Source of the DNA: Lama guanicoe
Taxonomy: Eukaryota
Assembly: GCA_013239625.1 (NCBI GenBank)
Contig: MU054391.1
Coordinates: forward strand, 5,167,824 to 5,231,823
Direction: 5' to 3'
Length of the DNA stretch: 64,000 nt
Position numbers and translations under genes: made by a program. Below the pieces are notes generated by a model. The model worked only from the letters and a program-made list of their open reading frames with translations, ran no database searches and was not told the DNA's origin. Shown here one piece after another: positions 62,700 to 64,000 of this stretch (position 1 is the stretch's first letter; the number at the start of each line of letters is the position of its first letter).

Positions 62700-64000
62700 T
62701 ACCTAATAAACTTATTTTAGAAGAGTTTTACAGAAAAATTGTGAAGACAGTACAGAGTTCCCATATACCCAATACCCAGTTTCTCCCATTATTAACATGG
62801 TATAATAGTGACATACACTTCTCACAGCTAATGAGCCAATATTAATATATTATTATGAAGCAAGTCCCAGACTGTACCCAGATGTTCTTTTTTTTTCACT
62901 CAGTGTTCTGTCTCTGTGCCAGGACCTCACTCAGGACACCACGTTGTATTTAGTTGTCATGTCTCCTCAGGCTCCTTCCTTTTTCTGTGAAAGTTTCTCA
63001 GACTTTCCTCGTGTTTGAAGACGTTGACAGCTGTAAGGAGTACTGGCCAGGCATTTTTATAATGTCTCTAGAGTGGGATTTGCCTGACATTTTTCTCATT
63101 ATAAGACTGGGCTTTTAGGTTTGGGGAGGAGGAACATGAGCGTGCCATTTTAATCACTTCACATCAAGGGTTCAGACCACAAATAGGGCGTATCATGGCT
63201 GGTGCTGGCTTGATCACCTGGCTGAAGTCGTCTTTGTCATCTTTGTCAGGTGTCTGCACCGTGGAGTTACTCTTCTCCCTCTTTGGAAGGAAGCCACTGT
63301 ACACAGCCCACACTTAAGCAGTGGGAGGTTGCACTCTATTTCCTTAAGGGCAGAATATTTACATCAAATATTTAGAATTCTATGTACAAAAGATTTGTCT
63401 TTCTCCCTCACTTATTTACTTATCCAATCATTTTTATAACAGTATGGACTCATGGATATTTATTTTATACTCTGGGTTATAATCCAATACTATTTTTTTT
63501 GTTGTTCTTGTTCATATTGTTTCAGCTTTGGACTTTGGGTGCTCCTTTGTCTTTTTGACATACTTTGATCAATGTAGGTTTTATGTTTAAATCTGGGGTG
63601 TTTTTATTAGCACTTCCTTATTTTCTACTGCCATAAGATGCTGCAGAATCATCTTGTGTATTTCCTGTCCAGTCCTAGAATCAGCCACTTCTCTATGGAG
63701 CTCTGGTTACTTTTTTGAGGAACGATATTAGAAACCAAGAGCTGAGCACTAGGTGTGCTCATGAACACTGGGGTATCATTGCTTCTAGTCCTTCTCAGCT
63801 GACAGAGCAAGGAGAGGCATGTGTGTAGACTGAACCATGTCTATATATGCGTCTATAAATAATCCTAGGTGTAGCCATCTGTACTGATAGTAAGCTAAGC
63901 ATGAGTTCATACTGAAATCTCCAGCTGTAATCCCTCACCACAAAGATCATTCTGGCCTCCTTCCCTTCCTTATCTGTAAATAGTGAGAAAACTGGCTCCA
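62700..64000 (-). mobile_element. L1MC/L1MD-type LINE 3' UTR (runs off window)
   Basis: GTACAGAGTTCCCATATACCC...GGAGTACTGGCCAGG...TTAGAAACCAAGAGCTGAGCACTAGGTGTGCTCAT...TTGCTTCTAGTCCTTCTCAG. Confidence 0.85.

Noticed and set aside
1..64000. Prokaryotic-type systems (CRISPR array, operon, prophage)
   Set aside because: The sequence is mammalian intron and intergenic DNA, with no regularly spaced repeat-spacer array and no gene-dense region.

Overview
Mammalian genomic DNA, most likely camelid: there are four tRNA-Ala-derived Vic-1-type SINEs and artiodactyl-type L1 3' ends, and I saw no Alu, Bov-tA/BovB or PRE1. The only supportable protein-coding sequence is the first coding exon of MBOAT2 (lysophospholipid acyltransferase 2) on the minus strand (21331..21257, MATTSTTGSTLLQPLSNAVQLPIDQ). 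It sits in a CpG-island promoter that contains a 38-N assembly gap. Positions 1-21256 are MBOAT2 intron 1 (exon 2 was not found in the window) and 22.3-64 kb is repeat-rich upstream intergenic DNA (L1, L2, MIR, CR1/L3, ERV/MaLR LTRs, hAT MITEs, SINEs). The other ORFs in the track look like chance or repeat-derived frames. I found no convincing novel multi-gene system. The most interesting local observations are: a polyadenylated, TSD-flanked retrocopy of an LTR R-region-like sequence; a helically phased ETS/RUNX motif array; a well-formed cryptic exon in MBOAT2 intron 1; sense-oriented insertions carrying poly(A) signals in that intron; ultra-short TPRT products; and two unexplained local duplications. 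Repeat family names come from recalled consensus sequences, not a database search, and repeat boundaries are approximate unless a TSD is quoted.
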